Source of the DNA: Asterionella formosa
Lineage: Eukaryota
Length of the DNA: 64,000 nt
Direction: 5' to 3'
Assembly (NCBI GenBank): GCA_002256025.1
Contig: NKIB01008387.1
Coordinates: forward strand, 1-64,000
Shown here: positions 37,790 through 48,969 of the stretch, piece by piece
Position numbering within the stretch: position 1 is the first letter of the stretch
Layout: the number at the start of each line of letters is the position of its first letter
Made by a program: the position numbers and the translations under genes
The notes under the pieces: generated by a model
Database searches by the model: none
The model's input: only the letters and a program-made list of their open reading frames with translations
Told to the model about the DNA's origin: nothing

Positions 37790-39230
37790 GGTTTGATTGA
37801 CCTGTCAGAAAATGATGATTGCTGAACTCGAATCTGCAAGAACAAAGAACACACAGTTTATTTCGGGTTGTCACAAGGTGAGAATGAGACCTGGAAACGC
37901 AGACATCATTTGCTCTGCAATGAAATTACCGATTCCATTTGTCATTGGTCAAAGCAAGGAAATTTCTTTGTTGTTGACTAGAAGCTTGTTGGAAAGGCGC
38001 AACTAGAAACAACAGCTCTTGCTATGAAAGAGGCATGTAATGCAGAAATATATCCAACACTTAATGTTCATGAATGAGTTGATTGGGTGGATCAAGGAAG
38101 TGATTTACTTTGGTGGAAATTACTAAGTGATATCGACCGCATGCTTGTGAATAATATGCCACACCTGGCCATTAGTTACAATATGGCTGGCAAAAGCCAT
38201 AAGCAGGAAAAGTCAAATTGCCATAAGTGGACATGCTTTTTGTATGGGTGGCTACACGAAAAAATGCTAGACTATCAAGTGAAATCTAAGGTCTGTAAAG
38301 TGTGGAACAGAGCTACCATGTACAAGAAACCAATCAACAAGCATTTTTACCCCGAGAATAACATAGCTGAAAGTTTGAAGACAATGGAACCAGATGCCCC
38401 AAGTGTGGAAATAATGGTTGATGTATTTGCTAAGTATGATGTTATCTACTCTACATTCACCTATGATGACAATTCTACTATTCGAGCTGTTTCCAAATAG
38501 TCCTAAAAGGAATTATCAAATCCTATAGCCTGAGTTTCACAGGACAAGAACATTGAAAGGATTAAAAAAGCCGACAAAGGATGCCATCGCTTGACTGAAT
38601 GTTCCAGAACCTAGGTTTTTGTCAGATCCATCTCAAAGGGTCCGCGTTCTTCAACACCATACTTTTCTGAAATCCAATGGCCCTGTCTTTTTTGAATGAC
38701 CTTCCAAAGCTGATTGGCTGCCTTCGATTGAAAATCTATTATGATGCCTGGATCAAGAAAAGAAAAACCGAAACCTACCCACACTGAGTCTTCCGAAGCA
38801 ACAATCAACCATTTATTTGCTTGGTTGTCACGACTACTACTCTGCGACATGGTGTCCTGTAAAGGCTGGGAAAAATGGTAGTAACAGAAATATCATGACA
38901 AGGAAAAAAAACAATATTATGAGAATGATTGCTGTTTAATGTTGCAACGAAAGTGGAAGGGTGAAACCTATTTATCATCCATTTGATACCCAGATGAAAG
39001 AGGGAATGAACTATGTGCGTAGTGTCGCGACAATGTCCAAAAAACAAGGTGTTTGCAGGATCTGGTGGCCTTAAAAAAGCGAGGACGGAAAATGATGCAG
39101 CCCACAAAGCGCAATTGAAACGGAAAATGAAATGAAATGAAGCAAGACAAAAAATCGGTTAAAACTTATGGCTCTGGTGAGGGATTAACAGAAAGTCATG
39201 AAGCAGCCAGAAAAGTCATTATGATAAATT
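37790..39230 (+). pseudogene. Decayed Kolobok-type DDE transposase
   Basis: Motifs in the expected order: LAISYNMA (first Asp region), KMLDYQVKSKVCKV, H..PEN..ESLKTMEP, TYDDNST (second Asp), FLSDPSQRVR, NHLF and HPFDTQMKEGMN (catalytic Glu region). Boundaries are approximate. Confidence 0.75.
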
Positions 39231-39334
39231 GACAATAAAAAAATTGCGACAGAAATGATCATTCAAAGAAAAGCAGCGCACTCTGCCCATTTTTCATGGC
39301 AAAGTGCATTATACTGGTATACATATAGTACTGG

Positions 39335-39860
39335 TGAAACCCAAGAAAATGTTACATGTGTATCTAGTGTGGCCGGCGTGGGTTTGCAAGACATCGCAAA
39401 CCGAGCTAGCCAATCAAGAGGATGTAAGTAATTCACTTTGATTATGAATAATAAAGCGGGTACTTACAGTGAAATTATTTGTACAGAAGATGTTATGATT
39501 AAAAATTGAATCACAAGACTCTTATTTGGATGATGATAGTTTGGTAGTAAGTGATGCTGATTCCGATATTTGGAGACAGTTAAAAGGCCAATTTAAAAAA
39601 TTTTAGTCAACTTTTGCTCAAAATTGGCTGGTTCTGAAGGATTATTAAATACATAGTAGGTCAACTCTACTATATAGAGTCAGGAGTTAACTTGTGGCAA
39701 GAAACTGCAGTATGGAACTTGAGACTTTTACTATTCCAAATAAACTGATTTCCCCTGAATTATCTAGTCTTTATAGCATAGTTTTAAAACCTAAGTTTTT
39801 TCTGTAGTTTCTCGCCAGATCCTGTATCCTGATGTATTATAGAGTCGAGCTATATACAAA
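39335..39860. repeat. Kolobok subterminal region downstream of the transposase
   Basis: Inverted relative to 13077-13450 (e.g. GTGGCCGGCGTGGGTTTGCAAGAC; CTGATTCCGATATTT) and co-oriented with 59240-59400 (GTCAGGAGTTAACTT...AGAAACTGCAGT). Confidence 0.8.
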
Positions 39861-40729
39861 CTTTTACCAATTTCCCAGGAGGACAACAGGAATCATCAAA
39901 CTGCTCTTGTTTTCGTCGGTGGTTCATTATGATATGTGCTTTTGATTGTTGTTTGGACGGTTCCATGCGAATTACAGTAATACGACCAATGATCGAACTA
40001 TATTGTTTTCCACATAGAACATCTCAACGATGGTAGTATATTTAACTCACATTCCAATTTTCCAAGGAGCCAGCATCACATTTGTTCCTTCCAGCTATAG
40101 CTGCAATGTTCCTTCCTCGTGTCTCAAAAAGATTCCCAAGCAGTGGTACATTCTATTGATTGTTGCGTACGCTTGCTTCCATTAATCTTCTCTGAAACTC
40201 AATATCTTTTGTAATTTAATCTTCTTCACATTGTCGAACAAATTTCGTCAGTCGTTTTTTTCGTTCAAAGCAGCAACTGAATGATTCCAAAACAACATTG
40301 GAATCATTATGATTTACATCATTCACCCCAACATCATGACTTGCAATTGTACCATGCTCCAATGCCACACCACACCCAACGCCATTGACAAGGCAGGTTG
40401 ATTTTCATCTCAATTTAATTTCTTCTCGAGTGAACCATCCTGTGATTGCATAAACTAACTCCATACTGCATACAATCACATGTTCCACCATGATTTTGAT
40501 CTTGATCCCATTCCTTGAAACTCCAGCTATCTGGGCGGGTAATCTTTCTCCTTCTCCTAAAACATACTAAAATCACACTGCAACGACGCCCCCAAAGTTT
40601 ACAATCACGGCGGTGCTCCTTGCTTCCTCCACAACCAGCACAAGTCACAGTTCTTCCAAAATCATTGCATCCCGAGCCGGTTTAACTATCGGTTGCTGCT
40701 TCTCCAGGGCTGATTGAACATTTTATTTA

Positions 40730-41945
40730 TTTCGCTTCGACGACGTGAAAGAAGTGTAAGTTGACAATTGTTGATGAACATGCATTGAAAATGTTTCAAA
40801 CGAATTTTCCACTAACTTAATTTCTTTTACAGTATTTATTCTAGTCCCTGCTCGTCGTTGTTGCTTCTTTTCTTTCGATTTCCGCTTCATACTTTGGCTG
40901 CTTAAAAACTTCATCTCGAATTCTTCGATGCTTGTTACAATCATTCTTGTGTGATTATTTTTCATGAATATTCAGGGCTCCATCAATTTTTGATGTGGCT
41001 GATGCATATTGATATCTAAACTTACCCATGAAAATTCTACCCCTGATGTTGCTCGATGGTCCCTGCCTGCTCAAACCTATAGTAAAATTGACTGCCGAAA
41101 AATCCACTATGCCCCTATATTGCTGAAGGTAAGACATGAACGAGGGTGGAGACTGCCTGCAAGTATTCTTGTGTTCGAGGCTTGGGAGGCGCAAGTAGGT
41201 TGACTATCACACAACCGCTGCTCCACAACCTCCACCACCACAAGTCATCATCACTCCAGCACCCAATTCTTGAGAACCGATTTATTTATCAGTTGCTGCT
41301 CCTCCAGGCCCAATCTGAACATTTCTAAAAATTCGATTCGACAACAACAAAAATGTGTGAGTTGACAATTGTTAATGAAAATGCGTTGACAAATTTTAAC
41401 ACGATTTTTCTGCTGACCCATTATCTTTTTCACTTTTTATTCTACTCCATGTTCTTCATTGTTACATTTTACCTTTCGTTTTCCGGTTCATACTTTGGTT
41501 GCTGAAAAACAATACATCAAATTTGTCAATGTTTGTTACACTCACTCGTGTGTGACTTTTCATGCATATTCCTTCATTTTTGGTGCTCCATGCATTTTCG
41601 ATGTGGTCCACCATGGAGGAGATAAACAAACCTGCTGGTGTCATGAGGACTCCCAGGTTCATGTATCTGTCCACAACAGGGAGTGGAAGTCCCTCCAGCG
41701 CCAGTCCAGCCACATCTTGTTGTCCAGGGACAAGCAGAGGCTCAGTGGCCGGGTCTGGCAGGATTTTCGACGTTCTGATTCATTATATTCAACCCCATTC
41801 GATTTTCAAAAATTGCTATGAAAATTCTACTCCTGACGTTTTTTTAACCATCCCTGCTCAAGCCTAAATTGACTGCCGAAAAATCCACTGTGCCCTTATA
41901 TTCCCCCTAAAAAAATTACTTAAAAGATACCAAAATTTACTTATA
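40730..41945. repeat. Two diverged direct copies (40730-41125, 41330-41945) of an unclassified repeat
   Basis: Shared blocks AGTTGACAATTGTT, TTCATACTTTGG.TGCT, ATGAAAATTCTAC.CCTGA and AAATTGACTGCCGAAAAATCCACT; the second copy has a ~150-200-bp insert. Confidence 0.85.
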
Positions 41946-42397
41946 GACACCTACAGTTCTCATCGAGAAGCAAGACGTAAGGGTGGAATTGCCCCTAAAT
42001 TAAAATTGCTGACAGTAACAAAGTACCAAAAATTACTTCTCACCTTCAGTTTTTTAATCGAAAAGCAAGCAAGACGATATCGCTATGATGGGCACTGTCT
42101 GTTAGACATCAACATGATAAAACGTCTTACGTCACGACATGTTTTTTCAAAACTTGCTTCACATTAGATTTTTTGCTTGCCCTAACTAAAAAGGAAATGA
42201 ACCTGTCGTAAGTGAAAACGACAGCTCGATGCGGACACTACCGGTACCAGGAACTGGCTCATGTTCCTTCTTTCCTTCTTCTCATTGGCAACGACGTCGA
42301 TAAAAAATATGAACAATCTGAGAGCTCAAGAGACCAGATTTGTAGATTCAATAAGAAACGTCGCCCTGGGTCGGAGGACAAAGAATAGTCGAGCCAT

Positions 42398-43699
42398 ATG
42401 ACATCGATAATGAGGACCCTGGCAAAGAACCTAATGAGGCGCATGTCCCTCTTCATTCTAATCGCTTTGGCTGCACTCTTTATCATTAGTAGGTCAAGAA
42501 CATTACAAGTCCTTCAACTCTCGCTTTCTTCAAGGGAAAAGGAAACAGTGCCAATCGAGCCCTCAAACCGTCAGAGCCAATCTTCACTTAAAGGGCCAAT
42601 TCATATTCCTGAATGGATTCACGACTATGTTAACTTTCACAGGTCTTCTCTCAATGGAACAACGCTGAAAGATGATGCTCGTTTCCTTCTCTATCGATGT
42701 GACGGGGCTTGTGCTGGAGTTGGAGGACGACTAAAGACAATGATAAAATCGCTGTATGCGAGCATCTGCTCAGATCGTGTGCTATTGATTAATTCTCCTT
42801 CCCCATTCCCTCTCCAGCTATATCTTGAGCCCAACTTGCTGCAATGGAATGCCACCTGTAGTTATTCCAATTTTTCTCACCATGTGTTTCGTCGGGGATA
42901 TCCCATGTCACTGCCAAGCAATGTTCACGGAATTCAGCTGGAAGGGTTAAAAGGAACAGATATGATGGACATGCATGATGTTTGGAACAGTGAGATATGT
43001 CAATCTTTTTTGCGGAGGAAGAAAATTCCAACTATTCTGCAGGATGAGGAGGCGCTCTATCGATGGGGGTTTCACACTCTCTTTCTGTTTAGCAAGAGTG
43101 TTGCAGATCGTGCTGCAGCAGTGAAGAAACAAGCTGCAGTTTCTGTTCCATATGTTGGAATTCACCTTCGAACAAACAAAGGTGAAAATTGGAAGGACCC
43201 GCACCGCCAATTCGAGGGACTTGAATCCTATCTGCGATGTTTTCATTTCTTTCGCGATATCCATGGTCTCAAGTCAGGCTACGTTGCCGCAGATAACAAA
43301 CAAAGCAAGTCAGAACTGCATAAAATGGACGGAAATTTGAGGATCTCAGAAGACTTGCAAATATTCCACATTGATAAAAGCATTTCGGGTGATCTCGGGT
43401 CCAAGATGGACGCACCTGATTTCCTCGTGAAGTGGTATCAGAGCAATCGAGGAGAAATATCAAACGTCACAATAGCAAAGCAGGGAATGTTAGACTTGTT
43501 TGCCGAACTACTTATCCTCGTTGATGCTGAATGTGTTATCATGTCCAAAAGTGGTTTATCTTATGCGATGCACTACATTGCAAGGGCTCCGCGATGTGGT
43601 GTGTTTATCTCCCGGTGCACTGCAGAGGCCGTTGCACAAAGGAATCACAAGTATGTACAACGTCTCAACAAGATACTCAATCAAGAGATTGAGAAGTGA
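42398..43699 (+). CDS. Type II membrane glycosyltransferase, fucosyltransferase-like (GT23/NodZ-like fold), 433 aa
   Basis: N-terminal TM helix LFILIALAALFII; GVGGRL; GDP-fucose-type motifs YVGIHLRT, YVAAD and AELLIL...SKSGLS. Confidence 0.7.
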   Translation: MTSIMRTLAKNLMRRMSLFILIALAALFIISRSRTLQVLQLSLSSREKETVPIEPSNRQSQSSLKGPIHIPEWIHDYVNFHRSSLNGTTLKDDARFLLYRCDGACAGVGGRLKTMIKSLYASICSDRVLLINSPSPFPLQLYLEPNLLQWNATCSYSNFSHHVFRRGYPMSLPSNVHGIQLEGLKGTDMMDMHDVWNSEICQSFLRRKKIPTILQDEEALYRWGFHTLFLFSKSVADRAAAVKKQAAVSVPYVGIHLRTNKGENWKDPHRQFEGLESYLRCFHFFRDIHGLKSGYVAADNKQSKSELHKMDGNLRISEDLQIFHIDKSISGDLGSKMDAPDFLVKWYQSNRGEISNVTIAKQGMLDLFAELLILVDAECVIMSKSGLSYAMHYIARAPRCGVFISRCTAEAVAQRNHKYVQRLNKILNQEIEK

Positions 43700-44385
43700 A
43701 CCTCTTTCTAGATCAATGAATTTTTGTTATGGCGGCTTTAGCCAATAGACGTTAATTTCTAAAATCGAATCCATACCGCTGCTAGCGTTGTTGCAACGAT
43801 ATCAAACCCCAATGTTCAACATCATTTATTGTCTAGTAAAATGTCCCTGTTATATTCGTATACTGAAGGCAATGATACACACCCAATGTGGTCTCATGCC
43901 TGCTCCAAGTATACTGATCCCAGGTAACAAAAAGCAGGTCGTTACTGAGAAATTTGTGAACTCTATAACCAAACCGCCTTCCAGTTCCTGAATACTATTA
44001 CCAGTAGAAGTAGGTGAACTCTAACTCGATGGTCAGAACATGACTTGGATTTAAGGAATGATAATTGAACAGCATAGAAAGTTACTTGAGAGAGTTTGGA
44101 ATGGTAAGCCAGCCTAAGTACTGATAACCCTTCCGGTATGGGATGGGACAAATCATTGGCAGGAGTGAGTCGAAACTGAAAAAGTGCGCATAAAACGTGC
44201 ACTATACCAGGCCTTCCTGGTGCCATCAGGTCCTGTTCCAGTGAATTCTCTTGCTTCATCTACATTAATTTCTCAGCTGACAAAAATAACTGACTACAAA
44301 AGCACTCCCATCCTTTCTTATCCATTACGACCTTCAAGTCACTTACCGCAGTAAAGCGACCCATTCGTAATTTTGAATCCTCATC

Positions 44386-45318
44386 ATGTCTAGACCAGAG
44401 CTGACAGGCCATGCGTCCTTGTTTTACAACGCGAAGGAAGCGAAAAAATATGATTCCTCGTCGCGCATGGTTGGCGTTCAGCGCGAGATTACTGAACGTG
44501 CGATAGAGCTCCTTCGATTGCCGCAAGATAGACCTTCTCTGATTCTTGATGTAGGATGCGGATCGGGACTTTCTGGTCAAGTTTTAGAGGACGAGGGTCA
44601 TGTTTGGGTGGGTTGTGATGTTTCGCGGGATATGTTGGACGTTGCGAATGAGCGAATCGAGAGGAAAAGAGACATAGGTAACCAGCAGGAAGACAGTGCA
44701 ATGAACGAAGGTAGTGAAGAAGAAGACGAACAAGAATCTCCTTCATATGGAGATTTGATGCATCACGACATGGGTACTGGTTTGCCCTTTCGACCAGCGA
44801 CCTTTGATGCATGTATCTCCATATCTGCACTACAATGGCTCTGCTATTCAAATTCGAAGGATCAGATCCCAAAACGTCGCTTGACAAGATTCTTCTCTTC
44901 GCTATATCAAGTTCTGAGACGAGGAGGTAGAGCTGTACTTCAGTTTTACCCAGAAACAGCAGAGCAAGCTATTTTGATTTCAGAATGTGCTGCCAAGGTC
45001 GGATTCGCTGGTGGTATCGTTGTTGATTATCCAAATTCAGCCAAGGCTAAGAAGCATTACCTTGTTTTGAGCTTTGACCGAAACTACACCGCTCCACAAG
45101 GACTAACAGATGGAGCCTTGCTTGCTGCCACAAGGCAAGGAGTGAGAGTCGACTCTAAAGACAACAGTGACAATAAGAAGAGAATTCCCGTTAGGAAGAA
45201 GAAGGGAGTAAAGACCAAGGAATGGATTGTTCAAAAGAAAGAAACTCAAAGAAAAAAAGGAAAGGATGTGAGACCAGATACAAAGTTCACTGCAAGAAAG
45301 CGACCAACAAAATTTTAA
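44386..45318 (+). CDS. BUD23: 18S rRNA m7G methyltransferase BUD23/WBSCR22, 310 aa
   Basis: MSRPE..FYN..EA.KY; LDVGCGSGLSG; DMG.GLPFRP.TFD.CISISALQWLC; QFYPE; VDYPNS.KAKK; C-terminal KFTARKR..KF. Confidence 0.97.
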   Translation: MSRPELTGHASLFYNAKEAKKYDSSSRMVGVQREITERAIELLRLPQDRPSLILDVGCGSGLSGQVLEDEGHVWVGCDVSRDMLDVANERIERKRDIGNQQEDSAMNEGSEEEDEQESPSYGDLMHHDMGTGLPFRPATFDACISISALQWLCYSNSKDQIPKRRLTRFFSSLYQVLRRGGRAVLQFYPETAEQAILISECAAKVGFAGGIVVDYPNSAKAKKHYLVLSFDRNYTAPQGLTDGALLAATRQGVRVDSKDNSDNKKRIPVRKKKGVKTKEWIVQKKETQRKKGKDVRPDTKFTARKRPTKF

Positions 45319-46136
45319 TCTCCTGCTTTACTTATTTTGATTTTTTTGTATTTTCAATATTGCAGCCTCGCTGGTGATTGGATGTATGCAAATATTTTTG
45401 CTTTGGTGTGTAGAGTATGCCAAGTCAAGCAAATTCTTGAATATTCCCGTCCAACACATGGATCCAATGTCCATTTGGTCAATCTATAATCTAATATCAT
45501 CTAGCATTTGTCACAATGAGGGACCAGCAGCCAGCGCAAAACAACCCTAGATTAGAAGGTATACATTTTGATTTTTTTCATCTTTGGCTTTTTGCAGATA
45601 TTATGTAAATTAAATCACAACGCTCCTGTTCTCATCAGACACCTCCTGTTCCATAAGAGGACCTGTTGAAAAGTAGAAAAAATACTGCAAGTAATAGCAT
45701 ACCAATGTGAGTTAGCTAATATTTGCGCGTGGAAACAACAAAACAAAATAATCTTACTTGAAAAATAAAAATTGCTATTTCTATCGTTGTTGCATCACTC
45801 CATCCTCTATCGCAAAGAAAAATGTGTGAGTACTGCTAGATGAAACACTTAGACACATGTTCTGCTACTACCACAACGCTATATGGGTTTTCCTATGGTA
45901 CAAACTTCCTTTTTCACGAAGTTGATTGTTCTTCCTATGAACCTTTATGGTCAAAACCTGACATGGCCATGACTAACTCTTTATACCAAAACAAGGCACA
46001 ATCTACACAGCGAAACTGGTGCGGCCTTGCTATTGTAATATTTTCGTCCGATCCAAGCAACTTATGAAACTACAAGTGTGACTTCTCTAGAAAAGATAAA
46101 ACAAAAGGAAAAGGTCCAGCCAACTGTTTCCTACTA

Positions 46137-46221
46137 TTTCATAGCAATAATTTTTATAGCGCATTAATACTAGCCTATTGACAGGATTGAATTCGTTGCG
46201 CTCCATGGCCCATAAACTGGG
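46137..46221 (-). mobile_element. 85-bp 5'-truncated retrocopy of the LINE 3' end, with an 11-bp TSD
   Basis: Reverse complement ATGGGCCATGGAGCGCAACGAATTCAATCCTGT...GCTATAAAAATTATTG matches 22565-22633; flanked by GTTTCCTACTA at 46126-46136 and 46222-46232. Confidence 0.88.
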
Positions 46222-46472
46222 GTTTCCTACTACTAGATGTACTAGCATTAGAAAACTTGTAGTGAAAGTATAACAAGTACAGAAATGGGATCATCATTGA
46301 AGAATGCGGTATATTAAGTAGCTATAGCTGTCATTGTCATTGCTGCCACTATAGTGCCAGCAATGACGAATAATGAGGGAGGTATGCACAAACAACGTTT
46401 TGCGATATTATGCTTAAAGACTCCTGTCGACTAGCGATAACTAGTAGCGCAATATCTGCAATATAAAATGTC

Positions 46473-46896
46473 AATTAAATTTTATTGTATGTTAACACTC
46501 TCCAATAGCTAATCGCACTAGTGTCCACTTAAATGGAAACAATTAGAACTGGTTTTATTCATCCGTACAGTACAATGGGACCTGTCTCTTCGTCAGCCTC
46601 ACCTCCTGGAACCCTAGGGGGGACTACATAGAAGAAAGGCAGATGCAGAATTTTTTTGAACAATCTTCGTTTCCTAAAGATTAATCTTCGGGGAAACAAA
46701 GATTGTCTCCACCAATCAGAATGGCAGAAACAATATATAATCCTCATCACATATACTGATGATATAATAGTCGATACTTCTCTTAGTTGTAGTATCGTAC
46801 TGTAGGGATGAACAAAACCGGTATTAATTGTTTCCATTGAAAATGAGGGTACGAGTGCGATTATTGGATAGCTTTAACGTACTATAAAATTTAATT
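46473..46896. mobile_element. MITE-like/foldback element with ~104-bp imperfect inverted arms
   Basis: 46473-46576 (…AATGGAAACAATTAGAACTGGTTTTATTCATCCGTACAGTAC) is inverted at 46794-46896; no clear TSD. Confidence 0.7.
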
Positions 46897-47922
46897 TTTT
46901 TTCAATTTTAATTATCTTTACTTTTAATTTTTGTATTATGATAATAATTTGTAATATGGCGATTCCACTATTGTCAACCTTCCTGGCGCATTATCAACAA
47001 TGTGTGCAGTCTCCACCTTGTGGGTGGTGCATCCATGTCCTTGTACACAAGAGTTTGATCTGCTGCATTGTCATTGCTTCCATAGATATCTCCCATTCTT
47101 GTTGCAAAAATTTCTCTCTTCTTGACGCCACCGCGAGGCACTCTTGCAATAAAGACTTCATCATCAAGCCTTGGTTCAAACTTGAAGCCTCCTGAAAGCG
47201 TATTTGGCGCCTATGAGCGGGTTATTTTCAATTGCCTCCTTATGTCACTTGGAATCTTATCGTCATTTCTGGCTTGTTGTACATTCGCCCGTTTGCAATG
47301 AAGCCTTGTGTAAGTTCTGTAATCAGTATTTCTTTTGCCATCAACTTTGTAGGTGCCGCTTCGTTCCATGGTTTCGATAGTGAATTTGTCTGTCTCAAAG
47401 AAAATAGAGTCTTGAATCTTGTTGACTGGCAGTACCTTCAGGTCTTAAAGTTTCTCATTACTGGAAGCCGCCAAATTGATATTATCAAACCAAAGTTGGC
47501 TGCTTTACTCGATTTTTCTAGTTCAACCTGTAGCTCATTGAAATATGCTAGGTATGCATTCTTTTCACCTTCCATAGTAGCAGTTGCAAGCCTCCGATTC
47601 ACTCAATCAATCTTGCCCTTGAGTGGTGTTTTTCGCAGAATCGCATGTTTCTGCAGAGTTTCGGCTTCATTGAAAAGAAGGACATTCTTGTTCCTTGAGA
47701 TGTTGAGTTTGTAATTTCCCTCATGGCTTCGACTTTTATAGAATCAGCGATTAGAGGTAAAGTGGATGTAAGATTAGGGGATTGAGCATATGCCCCGGAT
47801 ACGGCTGTTGCAGCTAGGAGCAAGGGATTGAAAACCTAGACTAAATCCAGTCTAATAGACTGAATTCAGCCTAACCGGAAAGAATCCGATACCATTGTTA
47901 CATTAATCAATTTACCATCACC

Positions 47923-48852
47923 ATGGAGGGATCATGCGATTTACTGGGCCTTGCCCTTGAAGGAATTTCGTCCGATGGAAGCCCTTACAAGATGGCAATA
48001 TTTACATGCGCTATTGTCATAAGCCTATGTTGGCTAGCGTCAATTTTGAGCGGGAACTACAGCCAAGTGGACAAGATTTGGTCAATTGTTCCCTTTATCT
48101 ATACATGGTATCCAGTTTGCGATTCCAGGACTTTGTTAATGGCGTGCTTGGCTACAATTTGGGGTCTACGTCTCACCTGGAACTTCAAAAGAAGGGGAGG
48201 CTATCGCTGGCCTCCTTGGCAAGGCGACGAGGACTACCGATGGGAGGTCATTCGGACTGGAGGGTTCCTCAAAATCTTGACCAATCCCGTGGTTTGGCAT
48301 GTTTTCAACTTGACTTTTGTCAGCATTTATCAGAACCTACTGCTCCTCGCGATAGCAGCTCCTTCATATGTCGCTTTCACCCTTGCTACTTCTTGTCATT
48401 CCTATATTAGACCGATCAATGAACTTGACGTCGTTTCCGCCATTCTTTTCCTGGCCTTCGTTGTGATTGAGGGGGTAGCAGACAACCAGCAGTACACGTT
48501 TCAAACAGAGAAGAATCGACTCAAGAAGGAGCAAGGGAAACTTTATGGTGAATACGCTGATGGATTTAAGCAGTCGGGCTTGTATGCCATTGTTCGGAAG
48601 CCCAACTACGCTGCCGAGCAGTCGATTTGGATTATATTCTATGTATTTACCATCGCAGCTGGTGCTAAATGGAATAATTGGTCTGGATTTGGTTCCTTTT
48701 TCCTGGTACAGCTCTTTTCGTTATCGGGATGGTTCACGGAAAGGATCACCCGATCAAAGTACTCCGCCTACGATGAGTACGCCAAGAGAGTGCCCATGTA
48801 CATTCCGAATTCGCTCAGGTCCCCACTCAGCGCGAAGCCCAAAGCTAATTAA
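47923..48852 (+). CDS. DUF1295 / steroid 5-alpha-reductase-like membrane protein, 309 aa
   Basis: NYSQVDKIWS, WGLRLTWNF.RRGGY, EDYRW, ADNQQY.FQ, GLYAIVRKPNYAAE, TERIT.SKY..Y.EY. Confidence 0.9.
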   Translation: MEGSCDLLGLALEGISSDGSPYKMAIFTCAIVISLCWLASILSGNYSQVDKIWSIVPFIYTWYPVCDSRTLLMACLATIWGLRLTWNFKRRGGYRWPPWQGDEDYRWEVIRTGGFLKILTNPVVWHVFNLTFVSIYQNLLLLAIAAPSYVAFTLATSCHSYIRPINELDVVSAILFLAFVVIEGVADNQQYTFQTEKNRLKKEQGKLYGEYADGFKQSGLYAIVRKPNYAAEQSIWIIFYVFTIAAGAKWNNWSGFGSFFLVQLFSLSGWFTERITRSKYSAYDEYAKRVPMYIPNSLRSPLSAKPKAN

Positions 48853-48969
48853 GAGGTATCCAAAATAAAATCATAGCAAAGTCACAAACGGAAACGAACG
48901 CGTTTCCAAAAATGCTCTTCTATTATCTACATGGCGTATGCCGCTTACTTTTGACGGAAATTTTGCTTG

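Noticed and set aside
37487..37854. ORFs with DWIGL/NPIQS repeats
   Set aside because: These are translations of the (CCAAT)n microsatellite
43963..44259. 98-aa minus-strand ORF divergent from BUD23
   Set aside because: Short, with no recognisable motif; cannot be supported as a gene
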